Below are positions 25,701 to 38,064 of a stretch of 64,000 nucleotides of DNA, in pieces. The notes beneath the pieces were generated by a model that did no database searches, had not been told where the DNA came from, and worked only from the letters and a program-made list of their open reading frames with translations. The position numbers and the translations under genes are program-made. The DNA lies in the NCBI GenBank assembly GCA_043228905.1, contig JBHGNT010000015.1, positions 9,052,001 through 9,116,000 on the forward strand. Direction: 5' to 3'. Positions within the stretch are counted from its first letter, which is position 1, and every line of letters starts with the position of its first letter. This DNA comes from Azolla caroliniana (lineage: Eukaryota; Plantae; Polypodiophyta).

Positions 25701-27323
25701 ACGAATTTGTGGAAGCATTTGCCGGTCATGCAATATACTCCATCGGAGACCTATACTCGGGTATGACCAATTCCAACTAGTCGTGGAGAGTCGAGACATC
25801 ACTACCATGCGGACACCGATAGGATTAGTCCGAATGTGCACACTACCACAAGGAGCGACAAACTCGGTTGCACATATGATGAACGCGATGAACAAGGTGC
25901 TTCGAGATTGCATTCCGGAGATAACGATGTCGTTCCTAGATGACATTCTGATGAAAGGATGCACGGTAGAAGAAAAAGATAAAACTATGGATGATCAGGG
26001 ATGCCGAAAGTTTGTAGTCGACCATATTCGTGATTGTGAGAAAGTGCTTCAAAAGTTAGAAGATGTGCACCTAACACTTTCCGGGGAGAAATTGGCATTC
26101 GGGCAAGAAGAGATATTGGTAGTCGGATATCTATGTGGGCCCTATGGACGAAGACCGTCACCAACCAAGATCGATGAGATTCAAGCTAGTAAAGAAGTAT
26201 GTGAGTCACAATCCGAAGTCTGAAGGTTTCTTGGAGCTTGTGCATTTTATCACATATGCATTCCGCACTATGCACATTTTGCGGACCCACTCTATCATTT
26301 ATTGTGGAAGGGGAAGAAGTTCGAATGGAAACTGGAACACACCAAAGCCATGAAGAAGCTCAAGAAAACACTGTGGAGGGGTGAAGCACTTGAGAAGCCG
26401 AGCTATGAGTGACCAATCATAGTAACGGTTGATACAAGTCCAACCGGGATGGGATGGGTCATCAATCAAGCCGACTTGGATGATTTGCGATATCCGATCC
26501 GATTCGGAGCAAAGGTTCTCAACAAAAGGCAACGCGGATATGCACAAGTCAAAAGAGAATTATGGGGAGTTGTGTCGGCAATCAAATCGGATCGAGATTA
26601 TTTGATCGGAACCGAAGTAGTGATCGAAACGGATTGTCTTCCGATACTCGTGATGATGCGGTGTTGCACGATACCGAATGTGGCTATACTAAGATGGATT
26701 GCATATGTTACGTCGTTTAACCTGAACGTACGACACATCTCCGGAAAAGACAACGCGGTAGCGGATATGCTATCAAGGGCTCGATTCGTAGACGACATAA
26801 CCGAATCCGATAATGAAGAAGTTTCTGAATCCGAGAATTCCGAGAAGAAGAATACGAGGGAGGAAGCTTGATGATCGGGAAGGTGCTACAAGAGATTGAG
26901 GAATCATCAGCCGATGAAGAGAAGAGAGCCGAGATCCGAAGGAAGAAGAGGCAAGTCCAAAAGTTCTTCTTGAAAAATGGATTAATATGGCGGGAGCTGA
27001 AAAGACCGAATGGCATACCACTTCGGGTAGTCGGGACGAAAGAGCAACGAAACCGGAACATGTTTGAGTTTCACGAATCCGATTGGGCTGGACATCGAGG
27101 AACATGGTCAACTTTTGTGAAAATCAAACAAAAATATTGGTGGAAGAATATGTACAAAGATATAGCGGAGTTCACGGAAAGTTACGAGAAGTGTCAAATC
27201 TACTCCGGAGTTCGACACCGAGATGAGTTACATCCAACATTCTCACCGACAATCAACTTCAAATGGATGGTCGACATTGTAGCCATGCCAACCGGGATCA
27301 GAAAAAAGAAGTACTTGGTGCCG
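22764..27323 (+). pseudogene. gag-PR and pol (RT-RH-IN) of element C, disrupted
   Basis: ORFs 22866-23741, 23949-24821, 24952-26223, 26449-26871, 26868-27368. Confidence 0.9.
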
Positions 27324-27570
27324 ATTATTAGAAGTACGGTGTACTTCAATGCTCACACGAGCATCTGACACTAACTACGAGACTATAACTGCCTAGTAGT
27401 CTAACCTATACTAGGCTTCCGGTTACGGATTGGATCCGGCATACCGGCTCCCCAGCTCACCGGTCCTTACTGCTTACCGGCTCAGTTGCTCACCGGCATA
27501 CTGATTCATCTCGCTTACCGGCTCAGGCTTATTCAGCCGATCCGGCTCCGGTTGAGCTTGCCGCTCAACA
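27324..27570 (-). repeat. Partial Copia-type LTR (U3 end)
   Basis: Ends TTGAGCTTG...CTCAACA like LTRs 30985-31397 and 42993-43443; shares GTACTTCAATGCTCA with 42993-43443. Confidence 0.7.
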
Positions 27571-27589
27571 TGAATGATGCCGCAAACAT

Positions 27590-30500
27590 GAACAATGAAG
27601 AGTCTGATTTGGACGTCGTAAACCGCATTCTACGCAACTGTTCCATAATCTTTGCGTTCCAAGCTCACGGGGCTTGTTGAAGTCCGTATAACGCCTTCTC
27701 TAATCGGCAGACTACCAAAGTGTTTTGTTCGGATAGAAATACGGGTGGTTGTACGATGTACACCTATTCCTGAAGATCTCCTTGTAGGAAAACATTTTTT
27801 TACATCCATATGATGTAAGTGCGACCCCTTCACCACTGCTACGGCTAGTAGAACGCGCACCGTGGTCATCTTCACGACCGGCGCGAACGTCTCGTCATAA
27901 TCTACGTAGTGCTTCTGCGCATAGCCTTTCGCAACCAATCGGGCCTTATATCGGTTGACTGAACCATCGGTGTTGTGTTTCACCTTAAACACCAATCTAC
28001 ATTTGATCGGCTTTACACCTTTAGGTGCATCAACTAGGTCCCAAGTCTCATTGTCCGTTAAAGTGTGCATCTCTTCCTCCATCGTGGCACGCCAATTCAC
28101 GTCTTTCACCGCTTCTGTGTAGCTCTCTAGCTCACATACTTCCGCAACTCGTGTCATGTATGCGTAATTGTCGCCATGTACTCATTGTACCCATATCTTT
28201 TTACGGGGTTCTTCAGGCGGGTAGATCGGCGTAATTCATGATTACGCAATTTCACAACCTTTCCAGCCGATTTCGAGCTCTTCCGCGAAGGTTCCGTCTC
28301 GATTGGCCCGAAGTCAAATTCGCTCCAATCAGACTCGGCACTGCCGAAATCATATTCTGACATTTTCTTCTTCCCTTTTTCTTTACGTGTAAACCGTCTC
28401 CACATGGGGACAACACGGCCGAATCTCCACTACTCGCCGACTCCTCATTTGGTTGGCCATCTTGGCCCAGCCCCTCTTTCAGTCCACTTAGCCGAAATGA
28501 GGACGGACTCTCTATCCGAGCTCCGATTTCCTCATCACGCGGAGGCAGCTCGGCTTCACTGACCTCTTCTTCAAAATTCGGAATGAAGTCATGAGGTATT
28601 AGAGGACTCGTCGAACAAAGCGGACTCGTCGAAGATGACATCTCTGCTTACGCGAACTTCCTTTGTTCGGGGGTTATAGCACTTATATCCCTTTTGCTCG
28701 TTTGAATAGCCCACAAAGATACACTTCTCGGCTTTGGCGTCTAGCTTCCTCCTCTTCTCCTTCGGCACATGCACATACGCAATGCTGCTGAAAATCCTCA
28801 TGTGTGCCAGGTTCGGCTTCTTCTCGTAATACAATTGAGGTGGCGACACTCCTCCATTAGCAAAAGTGTTGTTCTGGATGTAAACAGTGGTCCTTACGAC
28901 TTCAACCCAGTAAAACATCGGCATATGCTTCTCTTCAAGCATTGCCCTAGTCGCTTCTTTAATTGTTTGATTCTTTTGCCCGGCCACACCGTTCTGCTGC
29001 AGCGTGTATCTACACAAGAATTCGCGTCGAATCCCTTCCTTCTTTAGATAACTTATGAATTGGTCGGAGAATTACTGCTTCTTGCCATCGGACCGTAGGC
29101 ACATGATCTTACGCCCATTTTCCTTTCCGCAAGGCTCTTCACCTTCAAGAACCACGCGAAGACTTTGCTCTTTTCCGCGATCAAGCACGCCCAGCTCTGC
29201 CGAGTGAAGTCATCGATGAAGGTTATGAAGTAACGGCTTCCACCGAGACTCGCGTTCTGTGCTGATCCCCACACATCTGAATGGATTAAGTCGAGCGGAT
29301 TTCGACTCCGATTACGCTCGTTTGGGAACAGAAGTCAATGCTGCTTTCCTAGTTGGCAGGCTTCGCAGACTTGGCCATCCCTGCCACAAAATTTCGGCTA
29401 ACCAAAAACAATGTTCTTCGTCTACATTTCACGAAGCCATGAGAAGTTAACATGGTCGAACCTCTTGTGCCATAGGTCGATATCCGATTCGACCTTCTGT
29501 CCTTTTGCGAACAGCGTGGTTCCGGCTTGGTTGGTGTCGAGGATGAACATCCTCCCTTCACAGTGCCCTTGTGCGATGACTTGGCCTTCCTCTTCGATGT
29601 AGCACCGGAGGTGTGTGAATCGAACTTGCATTCCCTAGTCGACGATTTGTCCGACTGACACCAAGTTCTTGGTTATTGTCAGGACGTGCAACACATTCAT
29701 GTGTTTCCCTTTCAGCCCAACGTGGCTGAGGGAAACTTCACTGACATGTTCGATGGTATGCGGAGTGTCGTCTCCCGTTTCGACCACTCCTTGTTTTTCT
29801 GGTTCCTCCAAGTACGAGAACCATTTCTCATGACTCATCATATGATTTGATGCTCTGGAATCAACATACCACACCTCGCTCGATTTCCAGGTGTTCATGG
29901 CCATCGAATTTTCCTTGTGCTTCATTACGAAGGCCGGGCCTGATCCATTTCTGGCTTGTTCGAAGCCCTCGACGTAGTGCGATTTCTAACGTCTTCCTGT
30001 GTCTCTTCTGCTCGATCCAGCTTTTTCCAAATCAACTCTTTTTTCCCAGCACTCGCTCTCTCTATGGCCTTTCTTGCCACAGTACCAACAATCCGTCACA
30101 ACCTTCTCTTGTCTGCTTCTGGCACCGCTATGAATCCCCTTGCTTCCGGACAGTTTGGAATTGCTTTCGGCATTCAATTATGCCGCATGTTTTTCTTCTT
30201 TCGGCCACCTCCATGGCGTACCGATCCGCCTCGTCTGCCACAACCATGGGGCCTATCTTGCTCTATGTACAACATCCTGCCGTCGGTGTGCGTACTTGTT
30301 GATGCACCCACGTGATTTTCCTCCACGAGAAACATCGACTAAAGCTCGAAGAACGAAGGTGTATTCTCCCTTGTGGAGACTGTTCGTTCGGAGTGCTCTG
30401 AACTTTGACGCTAACCCTCAAGACAAACCTGCACCATTTCGTCCTCCTCAACGTTCATGTTGACGGAGGCGAGGGCATTGCAGATTTCCTTGATTCGGAC

Positions 30501-31397
30501 CGTGTAATCGGCCACAAACAGATCTTTCTGTTGGACATTGCTGAACTCCTACCTAAGGTGCAGCTTTCTGGTTGTTGTGCTAGCGGTGAAAATCCTCTTG
30601 AGATTCGCCCACGCGTCCTTTGGCGTCTTAGCATCCAGAATGTAGCTCAACAATAGTTGGTCACTCACATAGGACGCGGAGCAGTAAAGAACTCTGCTTG
30701 CCGCTTGTTCCCAAGCCGAAAAATCTCTGTGTGTCGATTTGGGTGTTGTATCATTAGCTCCTTCGACATAACTCGAGTATCCATGACCAAGCAGGTATTG
30801 GTGCATCTTGTATGACCAAGATGCGTAGTTGCTCCTGTCGAGCTTCTTAGTCAGTAGCGAGCTTCCTATTCCTCTATCCATATTGTTGTCTTATCCTTTT
30901 CAAAAAACAATAACTTAACTTTCTCTTTATCGCAAGCTTTTCTATCACTCGCAGAGGAGTCTCAACCCTCGCGCTCTGATACCATGTAAAAGAATATGTG
31001 TGTAGAAGCGTATGCGTAAGACACACAATACACAGTTCGGAAGTATGACTGTTCGGTAAAAACGCAGAAATCACAGAGAAGGAGAGGGAGGACAGAGAGA
31101 GCAGAAACGAAACTATATTCAAAAAAACAATTCTCTGTATGTTCTCTATATATTTACTTCGTGCTCAGTGAGCACCGTTTATACAAGACCTGACTATTGG
31201 ACTGACACAAGTAGTAACAGTACTTGACTGCTCATAAATGAGCCTTGAACACTAGCTCCCAAAACTATTCCTTATGAGGAATAACGTTCTAATGGCCTCT
31301 CGGTTTATGCACCGCTACGACCATGTTGTGCGTACGGTTTTACGCACCCAGTCTACGCATTGGGTTACGCACCCAATGTTGAGCTTGTATCTCAACA
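27590..31397 (-). mobile_element. Copia element M: 5' LTR 30985-31397, PBS 30973-30984, decayed gag-PR-IN-RT, 3'-truncated
   Basis: GCTCTGATACCA abuts the LTR; KLDRSNYASWSYKM gag, [32 protein letters not shown]. Confidence 0.92.
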
Positions 31398-32640
31398 TGA
31401 ATGAATGTATTAGATCGAGCTTGTTATGGCTATGGTTTCTTTCGGTGGGGAATAGAAGCCGGTGTTGCTTCCCAAATTGGTAGGCTTCACAAATTTGAGC
31501 CTTCCGGCCACTAAATTTCGGCAATTCAAAAATAACTTGTTTCGATTGCAGGTCGTGAAGCCTCCGGTAGTTGACGCGGTCAATCCGCTTGTGCCAAAGA
31601 TCAATGTCCAATTCAATCTTTTGTCCTTTGGCAAACAATGCACTGCCGATGTCTTTGGTGTTGAGGATTAATATCCTCTCGTCCCGGCGCCCTTGCGGAA
31701 TTATCCAACCTTCTTCCTCGATGAAGCACCCGAGGTGCGTAAACCGCATTTGCATTCCCTGGTTGACGATCTGCCTGACCGACACTAGGTTCTTTGTGAT
31801 TTTCGGGACGTGAAGCATGTTCATAAGCTTTCCCTTTTCTCCAACATGACTCAGGGGAATGTCTCCGACATGCACGATCGAGTGAGGAGTGTCGTATCAG
31901 GTCTCGAGAACTACATGTTGCTCCGGCTTTTCTAGAAACGAGAACTACTCTTTGTGGCTTGTCGTGTGGTTAGATGCTCCAGAGTCAACATACCACACTT
32001 CTTCCAATCCGAAAATGGTCTTCTTCATCGAGTTCGCCTTATGTTTCATCACAAAGGTTGGCTCTTGTTCAACCTTACCGCATCCGGATTTATCCGAATC
32101 GGTGCGCTTCTTCCAATACTCAATCTCTCTATGGCCCTTTTAGCCACAGTACCAATAGTCCATCTTGGTCTTCTGTTGCCAGTTTCCAGCGCCGCTTTGA
32201 CTCCCCTTGCCCGTGGAGGGTCTGGAACTATATTCGGCACTATCTTTGTGCCTCTGATTCTGCTCTTGCTGGCCACCTCCATTGCGTGCCGACCCACCTC
32301 GTCCCCCACGCCCACTAGGCTGATTAGCTTCCCTGTAGAACATCCGGTTATCCGATTGAGTGGTTCTTCACCCACTTGCATGGTTTTCTTCAACCATGAG
32401 CATCGAATGCCAATCGACGAGGGACAATGGCTTCTCCTGGGTGCAAATTGTTGTTCGGATTGGCCCGTACCGGTGTGCTAGATCACCGAGGAAAATCTAG
32501 ACCATCTCGTCCTCGTCCATAGTCACATTGATGGATACTATTGAGCTCCTGTCGGACCTGCAACTTCCGAGCCGTGGTACTTGCGGCGAAAATCTTTCGG
32601 AGATTTTCTTAAGCCTCCTTCGGTGATTTTGCATCTCTGA
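31398..32640 (-). pseudogene. Copia fragment N (gag, PR, GAG-pre-integrase), same family as M and L
   Basis: WYVDSGASNH, DIDLWHKR, KNLVSV, KLDLIHS. Confidence 0.85.
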
Positions 32641-32644
32641 TTTT

Positions 32645-32730
32645 GCATGTGTGGAATTATTAAGAAACGAGAGGGACTGTGTGAAGATATTAGGGGGGGA
32701 GGGGGCTGTGTTAGAAATAGGGGGAAGGGG
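32645..32730 (+). other. Possible orphan PPT plus LTR-start fragment
   Basis: AGGGGGGAGGGGGC followed by TGTGTTAGAAATAG; no further context. Confidence 0.35.
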
Positions 32731-34007
32731 TCTTCTGAATGATATAATTACCGATCGTGGTCCTCAATTTATCTCCCACTTTTGGAAGCACATATGGGCA
32801 TGCCTCAAAATATTCTACAAACTCTCTTCAGCTTATCATCCAAAAACTGACAGCAAACAAAGCGCACAAATCAAACACTCAAACAATATCTTCGCTGCTT
32901 CATCAGTTATCAACAAGATGATTGGAGTAATATTTTACATCTTGCCAAGTTTGCATACAACACTGTACACTCTTCTACCAAAGTTACCCCTTTCTTTACC
33001 TACATAGGCAACCATCCTCAATGGTGTATCCTGGATCTTCCCGAGGTGTCACGAAACCCTAGTGCAGTGCATCACCTCCACCGACTACAACAAATCCAAT
33101 TTAAGTTATCTTCACATCTTCAGAAAGCTTAAGCACACCAAAAGACCAATGCAGATCGGCACCGTCTTAAGTCTCCTTTTAAGGTTGGTGACCAAGTATG
33201 GCTGTTTCATCGTCACATCAAGAATACCCGATTGTGTGCTAAGCTCGATTATCAACGGTTAGGTCATTTTGTCATCACAACGCAGATTAATGATGCTACC
33301 TTGCCGCACCTCTTTAATTCCTAATCGTGTTGTACCACCTCTGCCGGCAGTTCAACTTGATGACGGTCCCGAATACAAGGTAGCTGTTGTTCTCGATTCT
33401 AAGATTGTGCGCAATAGCTCTATTATCTAGTTGATTGACTTGGCCATCCTCTGAGTGATCGCACATGGGAACCTACCGGTAACATTTGTAATGCTCAAGC
33501 TTCCACACAAACCCGGCCCTACAATGCTAACACCGACTTCCACTCCTCATTCTCGAAGGAGGGATAGTGCCATTAACACATTTAACCATTATGGTGTCAC
33601 CCAAACTTGAACCTTGGACCTTGTAATCCATAATTGAAAACCCGAAGCATTAAGATAGCTTATTGTTATATGAGAAGATAAAAGCTATGTTTGTAATATA
33701 TTGATTATTCTAAACACTCTAGATCATTCTAGAATGTTCTAGAATGTCCTGGATAATCTTAGAATATTCTAGGTCTAGAACATTATAGAAATCTCTAAGC
33801 TATTCTATAGGAACCTATAAATAGAGACATACATGTATTCTCAAATTAATTTGAATCAACACGAGTCTTGAGCTCTCATCACATATATTGTATCCATTCT
33901 CATTCTATCTTAATACATTCATTCTACTCTTATCATTTCATTCTTGTTTTCTTGTGGTCTCTTTATGTCTTTCTTCCCTCATTTTATCTTTTCTCTTGGT
34001 TCTAACA
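32731..34007 (+). mobile_element. Tcn1-type chromovirus fragment E (integrase C-terminus, chromodomain, PPT, 3' LTR 33568-34007)
   Basis: IITDRGPQFISHFW, LSSAYHP; PPT AAGGAGGGATAG 33556-33567; inverted homolog of 37655-38990. Confidence 0.88.
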
Positions 34008-36933
34008 TCCGTTGTTGGATAACCAAAATTTCCTACCTAATGTACAAGTGTGGGGATTCCTCCAGACGTTCAGACTATCGCGGCCCCACGCCTTGATAGC
34101 CCTCTTCAAAAATCCTCTCGGCTTTCGTCGCCGAGACAGTCCCAGTTTCTTTCGTGGTTCAGGCTGAACCATAAAAAATTGGACGGACTGCCGACCATCC
34201 TGGCTCTTCACCCGAGCGTATGTCGAACCTTTGTCCACCTTGGTTTCCATCTGAGCCACTATGATGTAAGGTTCACATAAAATGATCGGGTGTGATGAGG
34301 ATTCGTGCACAAAAATGTGTCGGTCGATCTCGACGTCCCTGACCTTCACTTGGACATTCGGGCACGCCCCGTGAAGTTCTTCTATGGTGCGGGTCGCTGC
34401 GCGTATCTTCCAATGGTGTTTTGTGTTGATCGGCCACCTACCCTTCTTGTAAAAATCCATTGACATCAAATTTATCTCCGATCTGTGGTCGATCAACGCC
34501 ACCACCGCCTCCTGCACATCACCGATCTAGACCGGTGTTTCCATCATAGGTCTTGCCCAATGGGGCTTCACGTACTGGCTTTCGGCATATTCGTCTTCTA
34601 CCACCACTTCGTCGATCAATACCATCTTCACCTAGCCATCTTTTCTACTTCCGGTTCTATTCATAACCTCTTCCTCTTTACTAGATCGAAGATGTTGTCG
34701 TGGAACTCCTTATTTGCTATCCCAAGCACTTCTCGCAACGTGAATTCCACTCAACTGTCGAGGATCCACTCATTGAAGACCTTTTGTAGGTCTGTCGTCT
34801 TTTCGATTTCTGAGCTTAGTCGGAAACTCAGAAACTTCCCCCTTTCCTTCCTCAACCCGTTCAATCAAAATGACATCCTCCTTCCTCAACCTGTTCTGTC
34901 TCTCATACCGGTTTTAAGGACCGGCCCCTTCGGCCTTTCCGGTCCACTTGTCTTCCACCAGAACCTCGTCGTTCTGGCACGCTGCTTCCACGAAGCCAAT
35001 CAGCTCCTCCACCTGATCACTCCACCCGGTGACCTCTCGGACCCGCTTCTCTGCGTGGTTTGCCTCCTGCTTCTTTAGCTTCTTTCTCGAGAAGCTTTCA
35101 AGCACCATTGGCCAGAACCCGGTGTTGGTTCCGGAGCCGGTGCCCTTCTCTTCACCTACCTAGATCCCGACCAATGCCGAGTAGTGGACGACCTCAACAT
35201 GTTATGCCACGACGTCCTCTATTAACCACTTCATTCCCCCTCATCCGATGTTCTGTTCGAGGGGCTTCCGGGTCTTGCAAGCATGCACCCGACCATTCCA
35301 CATGTACACAATGTTGTTTCTAAGTGTGTCGGAGAAGTCGACGCAGTATCTCCGCATGTGACTGATGCCATCACACCACATGCATCTCTAGTCGATCGGT
35401 GGGCACCAATCGCATGATTGACCGATGCCGTACCTCAGGGCCTGAGCAATCTAAAGATCGCGCACCATCTTCGTTAGCTCCTCTAGAGCTGCACCCCCGG
35501 ATGGCCCCTTTACCACGTCGGTCAGACCCTTGCCAGACTCAAGCCACCGTCTTGTCTCTTCCATCTACTCCAGAATCAATTCCCTTAGTTTCTTCGCGGC
35601 AATCGGGTTGGCCGACGTCACACCCTCATTGTTCCATTCCCGCCATTTATCAAAATGGCTGCAGATGCCCTTTACCACGGTCCAGTCAGCTGTGAGTCCA
35701 CCATCCATCTGCAATAGGAGACTCACCTTTTCCCGATCAAGTGGGTCAACCGACTTGATGAATAGCAAGACTTTGCTCATATCGAGCATGGTTTCTTCCA
35801 TCCCCAAAGGCATGCGAATTGTTTCTCAAATTCCTCGAGAAGCACCGATGCATTTTACCCTTTTTCGGGCAGGTCAACCCACTCCATGAACTCCCTCTTG
35901 AAAAATTGGAGTGCGTCATTGAAGCCGTACCTTTTGAGGAGCCGCTCCTCGAGCTCCGACCAATTTCAGCAATCAGCTTGTATTACGAACATCTCCATGT
36001 GCAAGCTTTCACTTCAGGTTCACCAAATATGTCGCAGTTTTTCCGCGTGGATGTGCTGAAACAGGGTAGGACCACCAGGGCCTCGGACCAAGGAGCCGGC
36101 AAGAGAAGAAGGATTAACTAGATCAGTTTCTGTATAACTCTCGTCGGAGTGTTGTTCCGGAGTCGGTACAAAATGGGGCGCGGTCCAGAGAAGTATCCTA
36201 TCCAGACCAATCTCCAGATGCTGAAGAGTGAGCACACGAGCTCGGTACGCACTATCAGTCCTAGAGTTGCGTCGGATAGAGAACAATGAGCTTACGGGCT
36301 CACACACTCTGGTATGCCCATGCAAGCGAGAAGGAGAGGTGAAAAGAACACGACAGAGACCAAGAAGGCAAGGAATCGTAAACAACAAAATAGTCTATTA
36401 ATCTTCACTAACATAATTAAAACCGGACTCGGCCGGAAACGGAGCTTCGAGCTCCCCTCACTCAGCCAGACAGACACTAGCGAGCCTCCGATTGGGAGTA
36501 CACGAGCTACCAACATGAAAGGGAGGCCTCACTACAAAGAGAAACAAAGGCTACCACAAAAAACCGGTTTAGGGTTTAGGGTTTAGGAAGGAAATCTACA
36601 AAGCTCGGTCTGGCGGCAGTTCCCCCTCCCAATCGTCGATCCCTTCCATGGTCTTCTCTCCCTCCTTTTATAGCTCAAGGAAGGAGAGGGGTCATTACAT
36701 CAGGTTGTTAAGACAACCGCTTCCTATCCTTGATTGTCTCCTGGATTCTCTACCCTTAATTCCTATTATTCCTGTCTATTCATACCCATTAACTACTCTA
36801 CCTAGTACTTTAAATACTTTACTCATATTTACACTAATTTGTACACAAAGACATATTCGTGTGCATCCATGCACAACTCCATTCACACGCATCCGGCTCC
36901 TCTTTCCCCTTATGCTTGGAATCCTTCACGACA
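34008..36933 (-). mobile_element. Gypsy element D (tRNA-Trp family relative): 5' LTR 36030-36933, PBS ~36008-36025, decayed gag-PR, start of pol
   Basis: LTR ends TGTCG/CGACA; minus-strand TGGTGAACCTGAAGTGAA; ALIDHRSEINLM protease homologous to element C. Confidence 0.88.
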
Positions 36934-37654
36934 GCGCATAAGCACGACATCGACTACGAAGATCACGATCGTCCATGTCTTGCTTGTGGTGGCAGCGACA
37001 AAGGGGTGGCATCTACATCAGATGTATGTGAAAAATACGTTCCTACAAGGTGACCTTGAGGAACAGGTATATATGAGCCAACCCCTCGGATTTCTGTCCT
37101 GTATGAAACCTTGACCATTTGCCGACTGAAGAAGTTCCTATACGGACTCAAGCAAGCCCCATGAGCATGGAACATAAAAATCATGTAGAGACTACGTCGA
37201 ATGGGGTTTGCGTCGTCCAAATTGGACTCTTCACTCTTCATCCAACAGGGTCAGAATGGGCTTGTGAGCATTTTGCTCTATGTGGAGGAACTTGTCAATG
37301 TCGGCACCGACCTAAAAAAATCGATTGCGTCAAGTCTGAACTCGTGGCATCGTTTGAAATGAAGGATCTCGGTGATCTTCATTACTTCCTTGGAATCGAA
37401 GTAACCCGCACCTTGGAAGGCATACTGATCAGTCAACATCATTATGTGTTGAGTATGCTCTTCAAATTCGGTATGACGGAATGCAAATACGCCTGGAATC
37501 CTATAGAATGAAATGTGAAACTTCGCCCTGACTCTGGAACAACATGCGATCCGAAATGGTTCCGATAAATAGTTAGAAGCCTTATCTACTTGACCATCAG
37601 CCGGTTGAACCTCAGCTATCTGGTCGGCTTGATTCATCAATTCATGGTGCATCC
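36934..37654 (+). pseudogene. Copia RT fragment O
   Basis: [38 protein letters not shown]. Confidence 0.88.
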
Positions 37655-38064
37655 TATCAGAACCAAGAATAAAAGATAGATCATGATGGAAGAAGGATAT
37701 AAGAGAACACAATAAGAAAGGAACGAAATGTTAAGAGAATGATGGGTGTATTAAGATAGAGAAAGAAAGAGAATGGATACAAGATATGTAATGAGAGCTA
37801 AAGACTGGTGTTGATTCGATTTGATTTGAGAATACATGTATGCCCTTATTTATAGGTTCCTATAGAATAACTTAGAGATTTCTATAATGTTCTAGGACAT
37901 TCTAGAATGATCTACAATTTTTACAATAATAAATGTAATACAAAAAGTAGTTTTATCTTCTCATATGACAATAAGCTATCTTAATGGTTGAGGTTTTCAA
38001 TTATGGATTACTAGGTTCAGGGTTCAACTCCGGGTGACGGCATAATGGTCATGTGTTCATGACA
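37655..38064 (-). repeat. 3' LTR of element F
   Basis: Preceded on the minus strand by PPT (38065-38076); homologous to 33568-34007. Confidence 0.88.

Larger units (their letters stand above)
21831..27323 (+). mobile_element. Gypsy element C (tRNA-Trp PBS), 3'-truncated within integrase
   Basis: LTR 21831-22725 TGTCG...CGACA; PBS TGGTGAACCTGATGTGAA 22730-22747; gag ~22764, PR (IDNGSEINL), RT (FLDD), RH, integrase HHCC to ~27323. Confidence 0.93.
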
